DNA from: Lama guanicoe
Taxonomy: Eukaryota
NCBI GenBank assembly: GCA_013239625.1
Contig: MU054400.1
Coordinates: forward strand, 2,764,282-2,828,281
Direction of reading: 5' to 3'
DNA length: 64,000 nt
Shown: positions 1-14,809 of the stretch, piece after piece
How the letters are laid out: each line of letters starts with the position of its first letter
Position numbering within the stretch: the first letter of the stretch is position 1
Position numbers and translations under genes: made by a program
Notes under the pieces: model-generated
Databases searched by the model: none
The model's input: the letters and a program-made list of their open reading frames with translations, nothing else
Told to the model about the DNA's origin: nothing

Positions 1-1740
1 GTCAAGTTGAAACAATCCCTCAACCCATTTTACTAGTAATTAGTTACCATAGAACATACTAGCCCCACAGTGAATATAAGATGGTAATTCAGTTAGGGGT
101 TGAAGGACTGTGTAGTTACAGCATAAAACACCCTGAATGGTCATGGACTGAAATCAGCCTTGCCTTTGGTTTCTTTGTTATATATAATGACAGTTTCAAT
201 TTTTTACTTTTCCAATCTTCAAACTCTTATTGTAGAGCCTCCTTACGACACATCAACAAAATATTATTTATGTTGGGAAAGGTCAGTTCGCAGGTGCCCA
301 GGAGGAGAGCCCTGTTTTGACTGATTTTGATGACTTATTTTTAAGATTTACTTTTGATTTCCACTGTACTTTGTAGTATACTTACCCGTTAAGCATATTT
401 GTACATATTCCTTCTTTTGTTTCTTTTAAACCGAAAAAATAGACTGATAGTCATTCTACTTTGTTGGCATTCATGGAAGATTAAAGGAAATGCTGCATCA
501 ATACTCCATATGTAAGTTAGATTGGTCAAAAACATTATTTTCCTGGCATTTTAGCTGGATTTCTTATCCCTTAAAAGCATGTACAAAGTCTAGTTTACTG
601 CGTTGCTTCCTTTTCTTAGAGATCAGGTTTTATCTACTAAGACGCAGCAAGCCACATGGTGGACCATTGCTTTTCTTTATCTTTTTTAGAATGGCAAGTA
701 AAGCCGTTTTTCCTAACATCAGCTGCTGTTGAGATTTTTGTGTTTAGAGGCTCTGTGGTTGCTGTCACTGTCATGACACAGCTCACGCAAGCCTAGGAGC
801 ACAATTTCCCATTTGAGCTTGGAAAGTCACTTTGCTAATTTTCTGTCATTTTTGCAACCAGGTGTAAAGCAGCCACTTCTAAATAGGTCAGGCTCATGCT
901 GGCTTCATTCCTGGGAGTGAAATAGATATGTTTAAGGGGCACAGAAATTAGAAGGTATGCTAAGAAGGTAGAAAGTGAGTGGAGGGAAGACAGAGAAGAC
1001 AAAAATCATGCTTTACTTGCATATTTGTGTACACATGGAGTGATGACCCAATAGGAAATAAACAGAGCTCAGGATCACTAAAATGAGGTGAGAAAGAACT
1101 TAATCTAGACCTGCAGATGCATATTGAAAAATAAAACCCAAACTTGACCCATTTCATTTATTTCAAAGCCGAGTTCATATTCCCAAGTGTTTAGAGGTTA
1201 GTTTTCCTTAATTATTAGGAAGCGAGAACGTGCATACTTTGAATTAGTAATCAAAGGGTCTAGTCAATATTGTTAACTCTCAGGAAGCATGCACTAGTAG
1301 ATGGGAGGAGAGACGTGGAAGTGCCCAGTAAAGGAGGCAGGTGATCAGTGTATGGGTTAAAGCCCTGAACAGACAGCTGTGGGCCTGGGCCGGCCCCCAC
1401 TCACTAGCTGTTTACCTGTGAATACGTGGTAAGCTTTTACTTCTTCATCTGGAAATAGGGATTCTAATGACATCTGCTTTCTAGAGCTTTTAGTCTGGCT
1501 AATAAGATAAGATGGGAAATATTTCAGATGAGGTCTAGTGCATGTTAAGTCCTTAGTAAATATTAGCTAATTAATGTTATTACCAACATCCATATGAATA
1601 TTTAGCTTTAAAATGTATTTTACATCGGAATTTAAACATGTATGTATCTTATATTTTGTCAGATTACTTCAGATAAAAATAAAGCCATAATATGACACCA
1701 CAGAGAAATGGTGTGTACTCAAGCTTGGGGAATGTAAGAT

Positions 1741-1780
1741 CAACATTGTAAATTGACTATACTTCAATTAAAAAAAAAAG
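1741..1780 (+). mobile_element. Very short LINE-1 3' tail
   Basis: caacattgtaaattgactatacttcaatt + poly(A); same terminal motif as copies near 45340 and 54560. Confidence 0.7.
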
Positions 1781-2065
1781 AAGTTAAATGGTTCTTATAG
1801 AGCAGGGCTTCTTAGAGCTCTTAATATGGTAATGTGCATAGTGAACATTCAGAGTTACAGAAATTCCTATAGTTTGGTTTTTTTTTTTTAATCTTGGATA
1901 TTTTTTTTCCTACACAGAGCATCTCAAAGAATTAGAGTTCCACAAAACATTTAGAGGAGAAAGTTTGGTGGACTAGATGATTGCTCAGGCCCCTGTCAGG
2001 TTTAAGAAAAATAGTTGTACAGACAAAAACCTGTTGAACAATTGTCCAGCACCCATTGTCTAAAC

Positions 2066-2216
2066 CCATGCTACTCAAAGTGTGGTCTGTGGGACAAGGA
2101 GTTTGTTAGAAATCTAGATTCTGAGGTCCCAACCCAGGCCTACTGGAAAAGAAGCAACATATTTAACAAGATCTGCTGGTGATTCTTGTGCATATTAAAG
2201 TGGGAGAAGCCCTAGT
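2066..2216. mobile_element. MER5A-like hAT MITE
   Basis: ctactcaaagtgtggtc...tttaacaagatc...gtgattc...ttaaagtgggagaagcc resembles recalled MER5A. Confidence 0.75.
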
Positions 2217-2884
2217 CTAAAGGTTGATGTTTTCTGCTGAAGTCTTCTGGCTGGTTTGTCCTTTCCAAATACATCCAGGTCAATAGCCATTGACACCAAG
2301 GTGTCTGTTTGCCTTGGCAGCTGGTCATCTCTTAATCTCCAGTGAGGTTTCTCACAGTGTAAAGGAAGAGAGCCCTGAAGATGAAATCAGTGTCCCTTTC
2401 CAGTGGTGCTAGAAGCTCTTGGAAGCATTACTGAGCTTTGCTCTGTACTTGTGCTGATTTCAAATCTTATTAAGCCAGGAAGTGGTGCCTGGCAAATGGT
2501 TTATCCTGCCTTGGCTATTCATGCTTCCCAATTCATTTTTATTGTGCTAATTAAACCTCAAGTGATATTTCAAGTACAGATTGTTTTTTCCATTATTGAA
2601 TCTTTGGCCAGCATATTAATGCTGTAGAATTAACATGAGTCAGATGCTTACTCATTTGTGGAAGACTTTACATTGAAAAGATCTAGACTTGGCCAATTTT
2701 GCACAGACTCCTTTGGAAACTGCTATGACAGGGTGATACAGTTTCTCTATAAATAAAGGAGACTCACTCTTCCCTCGCAAATAGACATGTAATTATTTTT
2801 TAAATGGACCAAATTCCTCGATTGTGGATATGTATTGGTATTTATAGCCTGTGTTGAAATGGATGTGTGCAGTCTGGGAAGGTA

Positions 2885-3112
2885 GTATATTGCAGTGGTG
2901 AACACCTTGATTTTTGACTTGACATCCCAGGTACTGGGGCAACTTTGGAAGATGTATTTGAGTTTTCCAAAACTCATATTCTTCTTTAATTAAATGAGGA
3001 AGAATACTTAACTTCAGGCTTGGATGTAAGGATTAAATTAAATGAAACAAAATTTTAAAGTACTAGACAAAAGTTTCTGGTTCAGTGAATGCCCAGTAAA
3101 TGCTATTACTAG
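2885..3112 (+). mobile_element. MIR SINE
   Basis: Degenerate MIR core (gtaaggattaaattaaatga...gcccagtaaatgctatta). Confidence 0.65.
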
Positions 3113-3659
3113 TACTGTAATTAAGCAAACATTTTTAGAATTGTTAGTCATGTAAACTTAGGCTTGAAGAAAAAAAAAACGACAGTAGATTTCATAGGGG
3201 AAATTAAGATTATGGCATAGCATTCTCTACTGAGAATCTCTTTATTTTAGCCTCTATTGTGCTCCAAATTTCTAAGCTGTTAGATATATTTACAAAAGAT
3301 AGGAAATGTACACCCTAGGTTAATATTTGAGGTGCCTAGAAGGGTGTCTTCAAGCTCCATTGGTGGAGTCCAGCTGGTGGAGGAGGTCATACCTTAAGAA
3401 CAAGCACCAAAATGAAAACCTCAAAAGATTTGGAAGGTAAATCTGAGGCAAATTCCCCATAAATAGAGCAAATAGACAAAAAGATAGTAAATAAGAGAGA
3501 AGGGTTTATAATTAGGTGAAGTATCCAGAAGGTCCAATCTCCAAATAATAGGAGAGCTAAATGGTGAGAAAGCATTATGTCCTAGTTGAACTGGCATCAT
3601 TTTTTCCCTTTCTTAGTGGTGCATATCACAGTGTTGTTTCCTATAATTAAGGCTGTCCT

Positions 3660-4262
3660 TTGTGTTTCCTTACAAATTTTAGAATTATTTGTTCTAGTTC
3701 TGTGAAAAGTGCCATTGGTAGTTTGATAGAGCTTGCACTGAATCTGTAGATTACGTTGGGTAGTATGGTCATTTTAATAACATAAATTCTTCAAATTCAT
3801 GAGCACAGTATATCTTTCCATCTGTTTGTGTTGTCTTCAATTTCTTTCATCAGTGTCTTACAGTGTTCTGAGTACAGTTCTTTTACAACTCTTTAGTTAG
3901 ATTTATTCTTAGGTATTTTATTATTTTTGATGAAATTGTACATGTGATTTTTTTTTCTTAATTTCTTTTTCTGGTAGTTTGTTGTTAGTGTATAGAAATG
4001 CAACAGATTTCTGTATATTAATTTTGTACCCTGCAGCTTTATCGAATTCATTGGTGAGCTCTAGCAGTTATTTGGTGGCATCTTTAGGATTTTCTGTGTA
4101 CTGCATCAGGTCATTTTCAAACAGTGACAGTTTTACTTCTTCCTTTCCAATTTGGATTCCTTTTATTTTCCTTGTCTGATTGCTGTGGCTAGGACTTCCA
4201 ATACTATGTTGAATAAAAGTGGCAAGAATGGGCATCCTTGTCTTGTTCCTGGTCTTAGAGGT
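3660..4262 (-). mobile_element. LINE-1 ORF2 internal fragment
   Basis: Clearly similar to 27730-28330 of the large L1 (gttctagttctgtgaaa, gcactgaatctgtagatt, gtgacagttttacttcttcc, gggcatccttgtcttg). Confidence 0.92.
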
Positions 4263-5218
4263 AGTTTGAGTGTTTTTTTTATGACAAGTTTATGTAGAAT
4301 TATAGACTCTTCAAACTATGTGAGTATATATTTTGATTAAAAAATACGTATTTTTAAGAAGTCACCTAAATCATTGGCTTCAAGAAGATGAAAAAAAAAA
4401 ACAACATTTCTTACATCTTGCCATGATGCACTTCTTAATATATCAGGAAGCTTAATTGTCTTGGAAGTTGTCACCAACTATTAGAGCTAGAAAAAATAGA
4501 ACTGGATCTTCTAATTGAACAATGTAATTTTATAGAGAAGAAAATGCATTGAGAGAGGAAAAATAACTCACCCAAGGTCACACAGTATAAGGCAGGTTTA
4601 GGGTCTAGGGCTCCTGAGTCCTGACCCAGTGTTCATTTCCGTTAACTACACTGCCTCTTGACCACTCGTACGTGCTTCATCGCCCCTTATAACTCAGAGT
4701 ATTAGGGGGTTGTTTGAAACCCTGTGAAAGATACAGCACTGCTCTCTATTGGATGCTGACAGGAAGGAAGGGTTCTGAAGAGGTTACACCAGCCACTGAA
4801 AGCTAGACCTTGTTGGGAAGTCCTCTACCAATGGTGGGAATACCATGAGACATATACGGTATAAATCTTGTTGTAGTATGGTTTCAGTAATAAATAATAC
4901 GGCTTTGTCGGTAAGGACTGTGTCATAAGAGAAGGGTTTGTGCATAGTATTGTGAGGATGGTGGGTCAGATACCACTAGGTGGGCGGGTTAATTGCAGTT
5001 TAACAGCTGCTGAAGATGAATTGCCTTTCCTGACCCCTGGGTACTCCTGAGTTAATGATGTGTCATAGTTCTGTGGGGTACAGCTGTTGGGGTGAATGCA
5101 GTCCTAAGCAGAGTTTCTGATACCAGCTGAGGGACTTGCTTGATTGGCAGGACCTGACATACTTTGAGACCCACCTTCACATTAAAAATACTATGATTAA
5201 AAGCAGTATATTGGCACA

Positions 5219-5265
5219 AAACTGTAAAAATGACTATAACTCAATAAAAAATGTTAAGAAAAAAG
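5219..5265 (+). mobile_element. Short LINE-1 3' tail
   Basis: actgtaaaaatgactataactcaataaaaaatgttaagaaaaaa, a variant of the L1 terminal motif. Confidence 0.6.
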
Positions 5266-6139
5266 CAGTATAAACATCCAAATGGTGTAATAGTTTAATG
5301 AAGTGATAGCATTAATAAAGAAAAGCCGGCTTTTGAAATACAAAAGTATAAAAATGACACTCTCCTGAAATGTTAAAAAGTATTTATAAGCTTCAGAATT
5401 TCATTTGATAACAAGTACTTTCTCAGGAGTTTTCCAGAAAAGAACTTTTCATTGGAATAAGGATCCATATAAATTTTTTCATCTTATCGTAAATAGGATG
5501 ACCAAATTTACCTAAAATATTTAACTATGATTTATATAACTGTTATGGTTCAAGCTTTGTGTCTTTGAAAAATGCTTTGTAACCAAATTTTCTTCCATGG
5601 TTGGACTCTTTCAAAATCTAGGTCTGATTTTTAAATACGTATTTCAAAAATCATAGTCTGTCTCTCTCAAAATCTAGTTCTGGTAGTAAGTTAGATTTAT
5701 TAGCTATTTAATGCAAAAAATGGATTTATGCAAAAGTTGTAGATGCCTCCCACCCATTTATCCTTGATTATTAAAAAATGGAAGAGAGAAAACTGGAGGT
5801 GGGGGAAATAAGTTGGTCTACAAATACAGTGACTATTTATGTGCCGAAAACTAGATTAATAACTGTAAAACGGAAAAGGAGTTAGAAGACATAGTTCTAC
5901 AAACTAGTGGTTTTTTTAAAAAATTAAAGTTACTCTGCAACATCATTTTTAAGAAATATGCAAAATTTGTTTTCAGATCTCATTACAGCACATTTTTTGG
6001 TTCACATCAAATCTGTAAAGCTTATCAACCTGACACTTTTTCAGAGCAACATAAAGCAGTCTCAGAAATTAAATAATTATTGACCTTAAAGCAGAAAAGA
6101 GTTTTCGGTTTGCTGCTGTTATTTTGATAATGCGTTTAA

Positions 6140-6334
<195 letters not shown>

Positions 6335-6825
6335 TGAGCATTCCTAGAAATGAGAGTGTCTCAGAACTTGAGATTGTATTGACCTAGTGATGATCATTTA
6401 ATATTTTATAGGGCCACATGATGATTTTTGTTTTGCTATACATTTACTTTCTATCTATTCTTCCTTAACAAAGACTGGCGCAGGTTGCATTTGAGTTATG
6501 TATACCCAATAGATGGCAAAGTCTGTAGGTCTCTAGTGAGCTTTTTGTATCACCGTGAGCAAGGGGAGTGACTCTCCTTGTGGACTTTTCCCTTGGAGGA
6601 AGGTAGGAAGGAATTCAAGGATTAAATCAACCTCACACATTAAAGAATTGAAATCTAGAGAAATAGAATAACTTCTGTTTTACTCCTTTGCCTGAGCCTG
6701 ATTAGACTGGAAACCTTTTCTGATGTTATAGATGATTTTCTCTAGTTAGGGGAAGAAACTCCAAATCTTGTCACTTTGGGTTCAGTCCTAATCGAGATTA
6801 TTTTTGTCTGTTAATTCATTTGTAG

Positions 6826-6963
<138 letters not shown>

Positions 6964-8369
6964 TAATCAGACCGGCATGTGTTTTTAATAGCAAATGATC
7001 GTGGACACACCTACATTGGTTGTTGGGGTCCTCTGGGTGCTGTTCTAATGTGTTAGGAAAAAAAAAGTATATGCAGTTTTTCGTGCATACATGATTAAGA
7101 AATGTTACCAGCCCCTTTCACTTGTTCTGTTTCTGCTAATCTCTCTTGTTCATGTGTTGTCTTTAAGCTTCTTTTCGATCTTAAGCTTGTCCTCTTGTGC
7201 CTTCTCCTATCTCTTTGATAGAACATATTTTGAGCTGGTTGTCCTCCTCTTGTTGATGAGTTGTAGTTTAACTTCTGATAAACCAGTTTCTAAATTTTTT
7301 TTTTCTCTACAAAAGCAATATGAAGCTTTAAAGTTGTGATACTTAAAGTACTGGGCTGGCTCTTCACAAAGACCTAATTGTACTGTTGATACAAAAAACA
7401 GAAGACAAAAAAAACCTCATTAGTTTGACATCAGGCTTCTGTGGGGAGTTGGAGTTCTATTTAAATTATGGAAAATTATCACCTGCAAAAGATGTTAATT
7501 ATTATAATTGTTTTAAATTTATATCTACATTGGAACTAAGATACGGGCTTAAACTTTTGTGTATTTTCTAGTATTATAAACAACACAACATATATCTTAA
7601 CATTCCAGGTTGTGGCATTTGTATTCAGTAAAAAAATACATAATCTTCACATCGTTGCAAATTCGAGCTGTCATGGTATAAATTAATGAGGTTTTACTCT
7701 GTTTGGATTAGGATTTGGATGAGAAAACCACGAGTGTGCATGTGTGTAAGTATGAATACACATTACACACATGTAGCACAAGGTGTCCATACACTGGTTA
7801 ACATTCACTCAGAGCACACGTTCGGTATGTGATCGTTGGAGTGAATGACTGAAATCACCAACCTTTTGTCACTGTTAGTACTACCCCAATGCCCAGTAGG
7901 TCCTGGACTCATAATTTTTCATCATTTTGACCCATTTGGAAGCTTGAAATCAATGTTATCCCCAAACACAGCAACCAGCTTCCGACTTTATGTCCTTAAA
8001 TCAACACCTCACAAAAAGCTCATCTGAGCATGGTAGCCGGAAAAAGTGGGATCTGGGCGTGGGGACCTGGGCTGGTGGGGTGAAGGTAAGTGTTGTCCCT
8101 GCCCCACTGTGGTCCTTGTGTTTGTAACAAGACCTACAAATGAGGGCACTCAAATTTGACTTTTTCTCAGTTTAGGTTAATTTCTGTGTAGTCCCTATGG
8201 TCTGGAGAATTGGCCTTGCCTACCAAGGTTTAGATAACAAGTAGAAGGAATAAGTGATAAAGAGTATTAACGACGGAGAGAACCTTTTCAGTGACCCTAC
8301 TTGGAGTGTGCTCGTTAGCAGGCTATGGTTTTCCCCTCTTTGTGTGATGAACATATACAGTCAAGACAC

Positions 8370-8525
8370 AGTGCATGGATCAGGCACTGAGAGGTCTGGA
8401 TTCCTGGTCCAGATTTTCCTCACTTGGTAACCTTGACCAAGTCACTTAACCTCATGGCACTTGGATTTCTTCATCCGGTAAATGATGCTATTAGGTCTCA
8501 AAAGTCTTTTCTAGGCCTTGATTTT
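8370..8525 (+). mobile_element. MIR/MIR3 SINE
   Basis: aaccttgaccaagtcacttaacctc...ttcttcatccggtaaatg MIR core. Confidence 0.65.
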
Positions 8526-9009
8526 GTAATTATCAAAGTCAGACCACATTAAAACAAGCGATTATGAGGAATCTGAAGTATCTTCGCTCAGGATGAGTAC
8601 TCTGTTTAAAGATGCCACTTGATAGTGTTTGCTTCCCTTAAGCATAAAGTGCTTTATATTTAATGTTAAAATAATCTCTAGCTTGTTCAGGTTTAGACAG
8701 GACCTCAGACACTTAAAGGATCAAAATATTGGCATCTGAAATTCTAGCAAAAACGGACTGTACAATAGTGGAAAGTGATGCTTTTAAAGAGCATTTACTG
8801 TTGACAATCAGTGAAAAATGTATCAGTTTATTCTCACAATGACTAGATGTGAGAATGACTGTGATACTGGGTCTTAAGTGAGGCAGGGAAAGGAATCTCT
8901 CTGAAGGTCTCTGTAGGAAGTTAAATCAACCTAGATGCTGATACAAAATATTGATGGGTTCCAGAGTCTCTCGTCATGTGTTTTCTTAAACCAAACAATG
9001 GTGGAATAA

Positions 9010-9405
<396 letters not shown>

Positions 9406-9834
9406 TAGCTCATGTTGTTGCATCTGGGGGGAGGACAGGCTGCATCGCTTAACTCTTGATAAAATCATGCATGCCGTAAACCACACTCAAACCCAGGGCC
9501 TTAAGATACCGTTACTTAGTCTTGCTCGTGGACCTGCAGATCAGCTGAGGAGGTTGCGTTGCCTGCGCTTTTGTTCTGGGGCGCAGGGGAGGCAGCCATG
9601 GCTACACAGGAGGTCTGCTTCTGACGATGAGTGCGGGATGTGAGAGGACAACACAAAATGTGCAGGGCTTCTTAAGTCCTAGGTTCAGGACTGGCTCATG
9701 TTTAAACATGCCGTTGGCCAAAGCCAGTCATGGGGCCAAAGCCCAGTCGAGGAGCAGGGACCCACACTCCTCCCACTGAGGCGATGGGGATGAATAGTTC
9801 TGAACGATATTCTGAGAACATGCGTGATTTTTAA

Positions 9835-9995
9835 AATTTTTATTGTATTATTTTTTAATTGAAGTCTAGGCAGTTTGCAGGGTTGGGCCCATTTCTGGTG
9901 CACAGCATGTTTCAGTCATACATGTACACATATTCCTTTTCCTATTCTTTTTCATTATAGGTTACTCCAAGATACTGAATATAGTTCCCTGTAGC
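9835..9995 (-). mobile_element. LINE-1 3' end, 5'-truncated
   Basis: T-run + aattgaagt...tttctggtgcacagc...cattataggttac...tgaatatagttccctgt; reverse complement of the L1 3' UTR at 54400-54600. Confidence 0.8.
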
Positions 9996-11039
9996 ACACA
10001 TTATTTTGATCTCAGGTGTTAGATGAGATTTTGTCCCCCTAATGGCAAAACCCATGCAAATCTGCGAGCACGTGGACTGTGTTTGGTTGGCTCATGAACT
10101 ATATAAGATGTATTTCTAGCCCCTTATCCATTCGGAATGCAGAATCCTGCTCCCCCTTCCATGGCTGAGAAACCATGGGATGTTTTGGTTCCCTAGGCTG
10201 TCTGAGTTGAGGCATCCTCTGATTGGATCCTGAATTGCTTGCTTAGGAGTGGTGATCATTCCCATCTGACCAATGGTTTGGGTTGGGAAAAGGATGGCTG
10301 GCATCAGGAGTCCCTTCCATGGCCAGCAGGAGAGTTCCAGTGACAGCAGGGACAATATTCATGCTCTTACCTGCCTCAGATACTCGTGTTCAGTGCAGTG
10401 TTCTTACCTGCTTAATTGTGTTACCCAAATACCTGATACCACTGTGGAGGCTGAAGCCTGTGTTTGGATATTGGGACCTATACATGAATAGAATTCCTTA
10501 CGCAATTAGCTCCGAGTTAATCAAAGACATATAAAGCTGGCTTGGCAGAGGGGAGGTGAAAAAAGAGAAATTTGGAGGCTGCGAGGCAGAGGCTGCTTGG
10601 ACAGCGTGTGTTAGTAGTGTGACTCTCAGGATGGCTCCATGGACAAAGGTGGTGGCTGGAGAGCCCCCTTCAGCAAACAGTAAATGAGAATGCAGTAATT
10701 CTCCCTACACAGTACATCTTCCCATTATCCTGGTATTTATTCAACATTAAACGCGCAAGCTTCCTTAGCGTGCTTAAAATGTGATTTGAATTATATAAGT
10801 TTGATTTACAAACAGCCTTTCAGGAGCACATAAAACCAGCTATGTTTGGATGCCTTACCCAGACACCCTGGCAGTTGTTGTCTGTTTCATTAAATCTTCC
10901 TCTTAATTGAGAATTTAGCTGCTTGGCTACATTTGCCGTAGTAAATCTCTATATGACTGTTTGTTTTCTTCCTGCATATTTGGAGGAACAACAGCTTTAT
11001 AGTTTGGGACAACTGCTTCTTTGTTTGCTTTTAAATAAA

Positions 11040-11225
11040 TTTTTTATTTGTGAATAATTTTAAGTTGACTGAAAAGTTGCCAAGATGGTACCTACAATTC
11101 CCAGGTTCCCCTCACCTAGTTTCTTCTTCGATAGCATCTTGCATTACTTACATTTGTCAAAAAGAAGAAACTGACATTGGTACATTATTCTTAACTAAAC
11201 TTCAGACTGCATGAATTTCACCAAC
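11040..11225 (-). mobile_element. Old L1MC-type 3' end
   Basis: aataattttaagttgactgaaaagttgc...gacattggtacattattcttaactaaac resembles recalled L1MC 3' UTR. Confidence 0.65.
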
Positions 11226-13098
11226 AGCTGACTTTTGAAACCATTGGAGGTGAACTTGAGTCCAGGGTGAAGTTCTGGCGTTTAAAAGTCTTAGAAGTGG
11301 TCCATGTGCTTTGATATGTGCACTGTTCTGTCAGTGTAAAGCAAGTGGCTTCTATTTTAGATAGGATTTTGATGTATTTCTTTTGAACGTTTCTGTGTGT
11401 TACCAGTATTTTGTAGAACTTAACCCCTCTTATCTGCATGGCCTCATTTTTATCGATCACTTTGGTTAGTTTTCACTGAGCTAGTGATAGGAAGGAATGG
11501 TTTTCCGGCGTAGGAATAACTTGGAGTCTCTCAAGTATTCCCTTAAAAGGAAATAATCATTTATTTATCTAAAATAAAAAATTAAGCCAAATTTATAAAG
11601 ATGGTCTCTCTCCTTTGTTTCCATTTTCTTGTTCATTTATTCCTTTTTGTCAGCTCTTTAATCTAAACACAGCTTTTATAAAAGGCTGGTCTTTTTTTCA
11701 CTTTGAAGTATTTACTCAAGGACCAACTATCAAGGGGTAATAAATGAAACAGACTTGGCCCAGGGTGACAGTGGACATAAATGGTCCTTGTGGACCATAA
11801 ACCAGTGTGACCAATTAGAGATTGACCTCACTTGGCTTATGTGATAGAATCTTTGTGGGTATTTATGAGATTTGTAGCCATAGCCTACAGATAATGGCTT
11901 TTCTTAGAATTGCTTCCTCTCCCTCTTAACTCTCCTTAAAATGAAAGAAAAATAAACAAATAGCATATATAGATATAATTTCCCGGGTGGTCTAAAATGC
12001 TAAGTTAAGGACCACAGGTCACGTTTGGGGTTATATTTCCTCAGTATTTCTTCTGTCATCATATAGTTAACTGATGAAGAAGTTCAGCTCTCACAAATCT
12101 TTTTGATAAGAAGCTTCAGCCATTTTTTTCCTAGTTGTTTTGATGAGATCCATTTTTTTTTTCCCACTGCGAGTTTCTGGACTTCCCAGGAAGCAGGCAG
12201 CCTGGGGTCACTGAAGCCGGTCGAGTTACCATACAAAGCCAGAATTAAAATGGCAGCTCTGGCGTCCTTGAGAATGTGTGTTCTTCATTCAGCTCCCAAC
12301 TGAGATCTCCATGAAGTGGTCACCTTGCTTAGGAACTCACTCTTTATTTGGAGATAGAGAAGGAAGCATGTTGAAAGAAATTAAAATAGAAATAAAAACA
12401 AATAAATGAGAAGTCCCTAAAACAAAAATGAGTGAGCATGGAAGAGGATGGCTAATTAAATGTCACGACAGCCCCAACTGCCTTTCACACTGCATGGTGT
12501 GGTGACAGTGGGTGTGGTGGCCAACACTCTGCCTTCCAGTTGGAGGAAGGATGAGGCAGAGGGACCGTGAGTCAGCATCAGCCAGGCCAAGAGGGTACCA
12601 TGGTTGGGGTCTGAAGGTGTGAGGCGGGTGGTAAAGGTCCCCATGTAATGTCTCTCCAGAGTGCTGGGACATTGCGGACTCTGACGCCAGACACTGGCCC
12701 CAGCTAGGGTGCTTGTGAACAGGGACAGGTGTTACCAGGTCTTTAGATGCCAGCAGGACCCCGGGTACCAGGCCAGTGCCTTCCCCATCTGATCATCACT
12801 GGCAGTCTGGCTAGCAACTGACAAAGGGAGGAAAGACTTTCTCAAGCTTCAGGCACTATATTGATCATTTTGCTGCCAATGCTTAGAACCAAACTCAGCT
12901 CTGGTCAGTTTTGAGTTCTGTTTAAAGCACAGCATGCAACTTCCAGCTTCAAAATGCACTCTAGAGAACAGTAGTGATTATCATTCTAGCACACCGAAGA
13001 GCACAACTTGTGATGATCAAATTAATTTGATTTCATTTTGGTTTTCCATTGTCCCTTTACAATTTATTCACTAGGAGTAATCTTCTCTAGTTCCTAGA

Positions 13099-13313
13099 GC
13101 AGTAGCATCTCACTCTTTGTTCCACATTAGAATCAACTGGTGAGTTTTAATTAATTATTATATCTTATTTTATTTCATTTGTTAAGATACGTTCCTGGAG
13201 CCCATCTCTAGCAATTCTGACTCAGTGGCTCCAGGATGAGGCTTGGGCTTTGGCATTTTTCATTTTTGAGATTCCTGGTGACCCCAGTATGCAACCAAGG
13301 GTGAGAGTCCCTG
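13099..13313. mobile_element. MER5-family hAT MITE
   Basis: cacattagaatcaactggtgag...attctgactcagtgg...atgcaaccaagggtgaga. Confidence 0.7.
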
Positions 13314-14809
13314 GTCTGGATGGGACCTCTTACCCGAGGAGGATTATTCTGCTCATTGTTGAGTAACAGACAAATCCGTGGGTCCCTTGAGGTCACAGAC
13401 AGAATCTCAACTGAAAAACAGGATGGACCTTCTGAGTTAGACATCGATTCTGGACTTGACTTAAGGGCCTGTCTCCTCTCCCCTCCCAGTTTGGGCTGGC
13501 AGCCTGGGGGGTGGAGCCTGGACCTCGCTAATGAGCTTTCAGCCCCCATGCTGCCTTGCCCATGTAGAAGGGTGTGGGTACGGGGGATGGAGTGCAGGGA
13601 AGTGTGCTGGCTGGTGGCTCTGTGCTCTTGGGACCTGGGCATGTTCAATGCTGGTTCACAGATCTTCTTTCCTAGTTACCGTTATGAGATACTTGGAGAT
13701 TCCTCTCTCTGCAGTCCCCTCTCCTGCAGTTCCTAGGACAGAAATACATCTCTGTTCTGGCTGGTGGAAACAGCTCCTTCCTCAGCATCCAGGAAAGCAG
13801 CTTTGTGCCTTTGGTGTCCCTCTGGCCCTCTTGGGGGCCTTGCTGTCAAAACCTAAGACTCCCTACACAGACTCTCTTGTGCTGCCTCCATCTGGTCCAC
13901 GGGGACCCCTTGTCCTGACATTCTAGGTGTACAGGTCGAACCCAGATGTTATCTGCATCCTGCCACCGCAGGTGGCTTTTGCCTTCTCTGGTACAGTCAG
14001 GCCACTTGTCCCCCGAGCCTTTCACCTGCAGAGCACATGGTTCACGTTCTCCAGTGCGGCCGTGGAAGCCCCTTGGTCGGGTGGTGGCAATGCAGCACTT
14101 CTTTGTAAGCCTTTCCTTTCTCTCTCCTCTCTGGGACCTCTTAAAGTCTCAGTGTGAACCAGATGTTTCAAAGGACAGGGATTCAGTCCTCAGCCATTTC
14201 CTTTGTGAATCCCACCTGAGTATCTCACGTTCACTTTGGTGTCAGTTACTAAGGCAGGAAGAGTCTTGCTTAACATCCTGTTCTACTAGAATCCTAGGAT
14301 TTTGAACAAGCTGTCAGATCTCCCTGAGGTCTGACAAACAGAGGGCGCTGGGCTCCCCACTAACAAGCAATAAAACACAAGCTTTTCTCCCCAGAATAGA
14401 AGACACTTCAACTACCTACAAAATGATTAAAGTTAGAGAAACACTAGGGCTTTCGATTCTGTCCCCTGCTTCTCTCTGTGATTGCCTTCACGCTGGCTTC
14501 TAATTCTCAGGGATGTCCCTGTCCTGGTGTTAGGCAGGACCTACTCAAGGAAGGAAGAACACAGTTCACCTGGATATGTGGAAATTGTAGGCAATAAAGA
14601 ATTAAATGCCCCTTTGAATGTTATTTTTTTGTGGAAGCCACTGAACAGAAAAATTAAGTAGAATAGGCAGAACCTCAGAAATTTTACTTTTAATAAGATA
14701 AACTCCTGTCTTGCTGTTGATCCAAATGACTCATTCAGAGCTGGTGTTTGAACTTGGAATCCTAAGCAGAGTTGTCCCCCACTCTCTCCATTATTCAAAG
14801 GGAAGCTTT

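Noticed and set aside
13208..14305. Cluster of 120-146 aa ORFs as a nested gene
   Set aside because: Overlapping on both strands, partly MER5-derived, no recognisable domain; expected in locally GC-richer intron.
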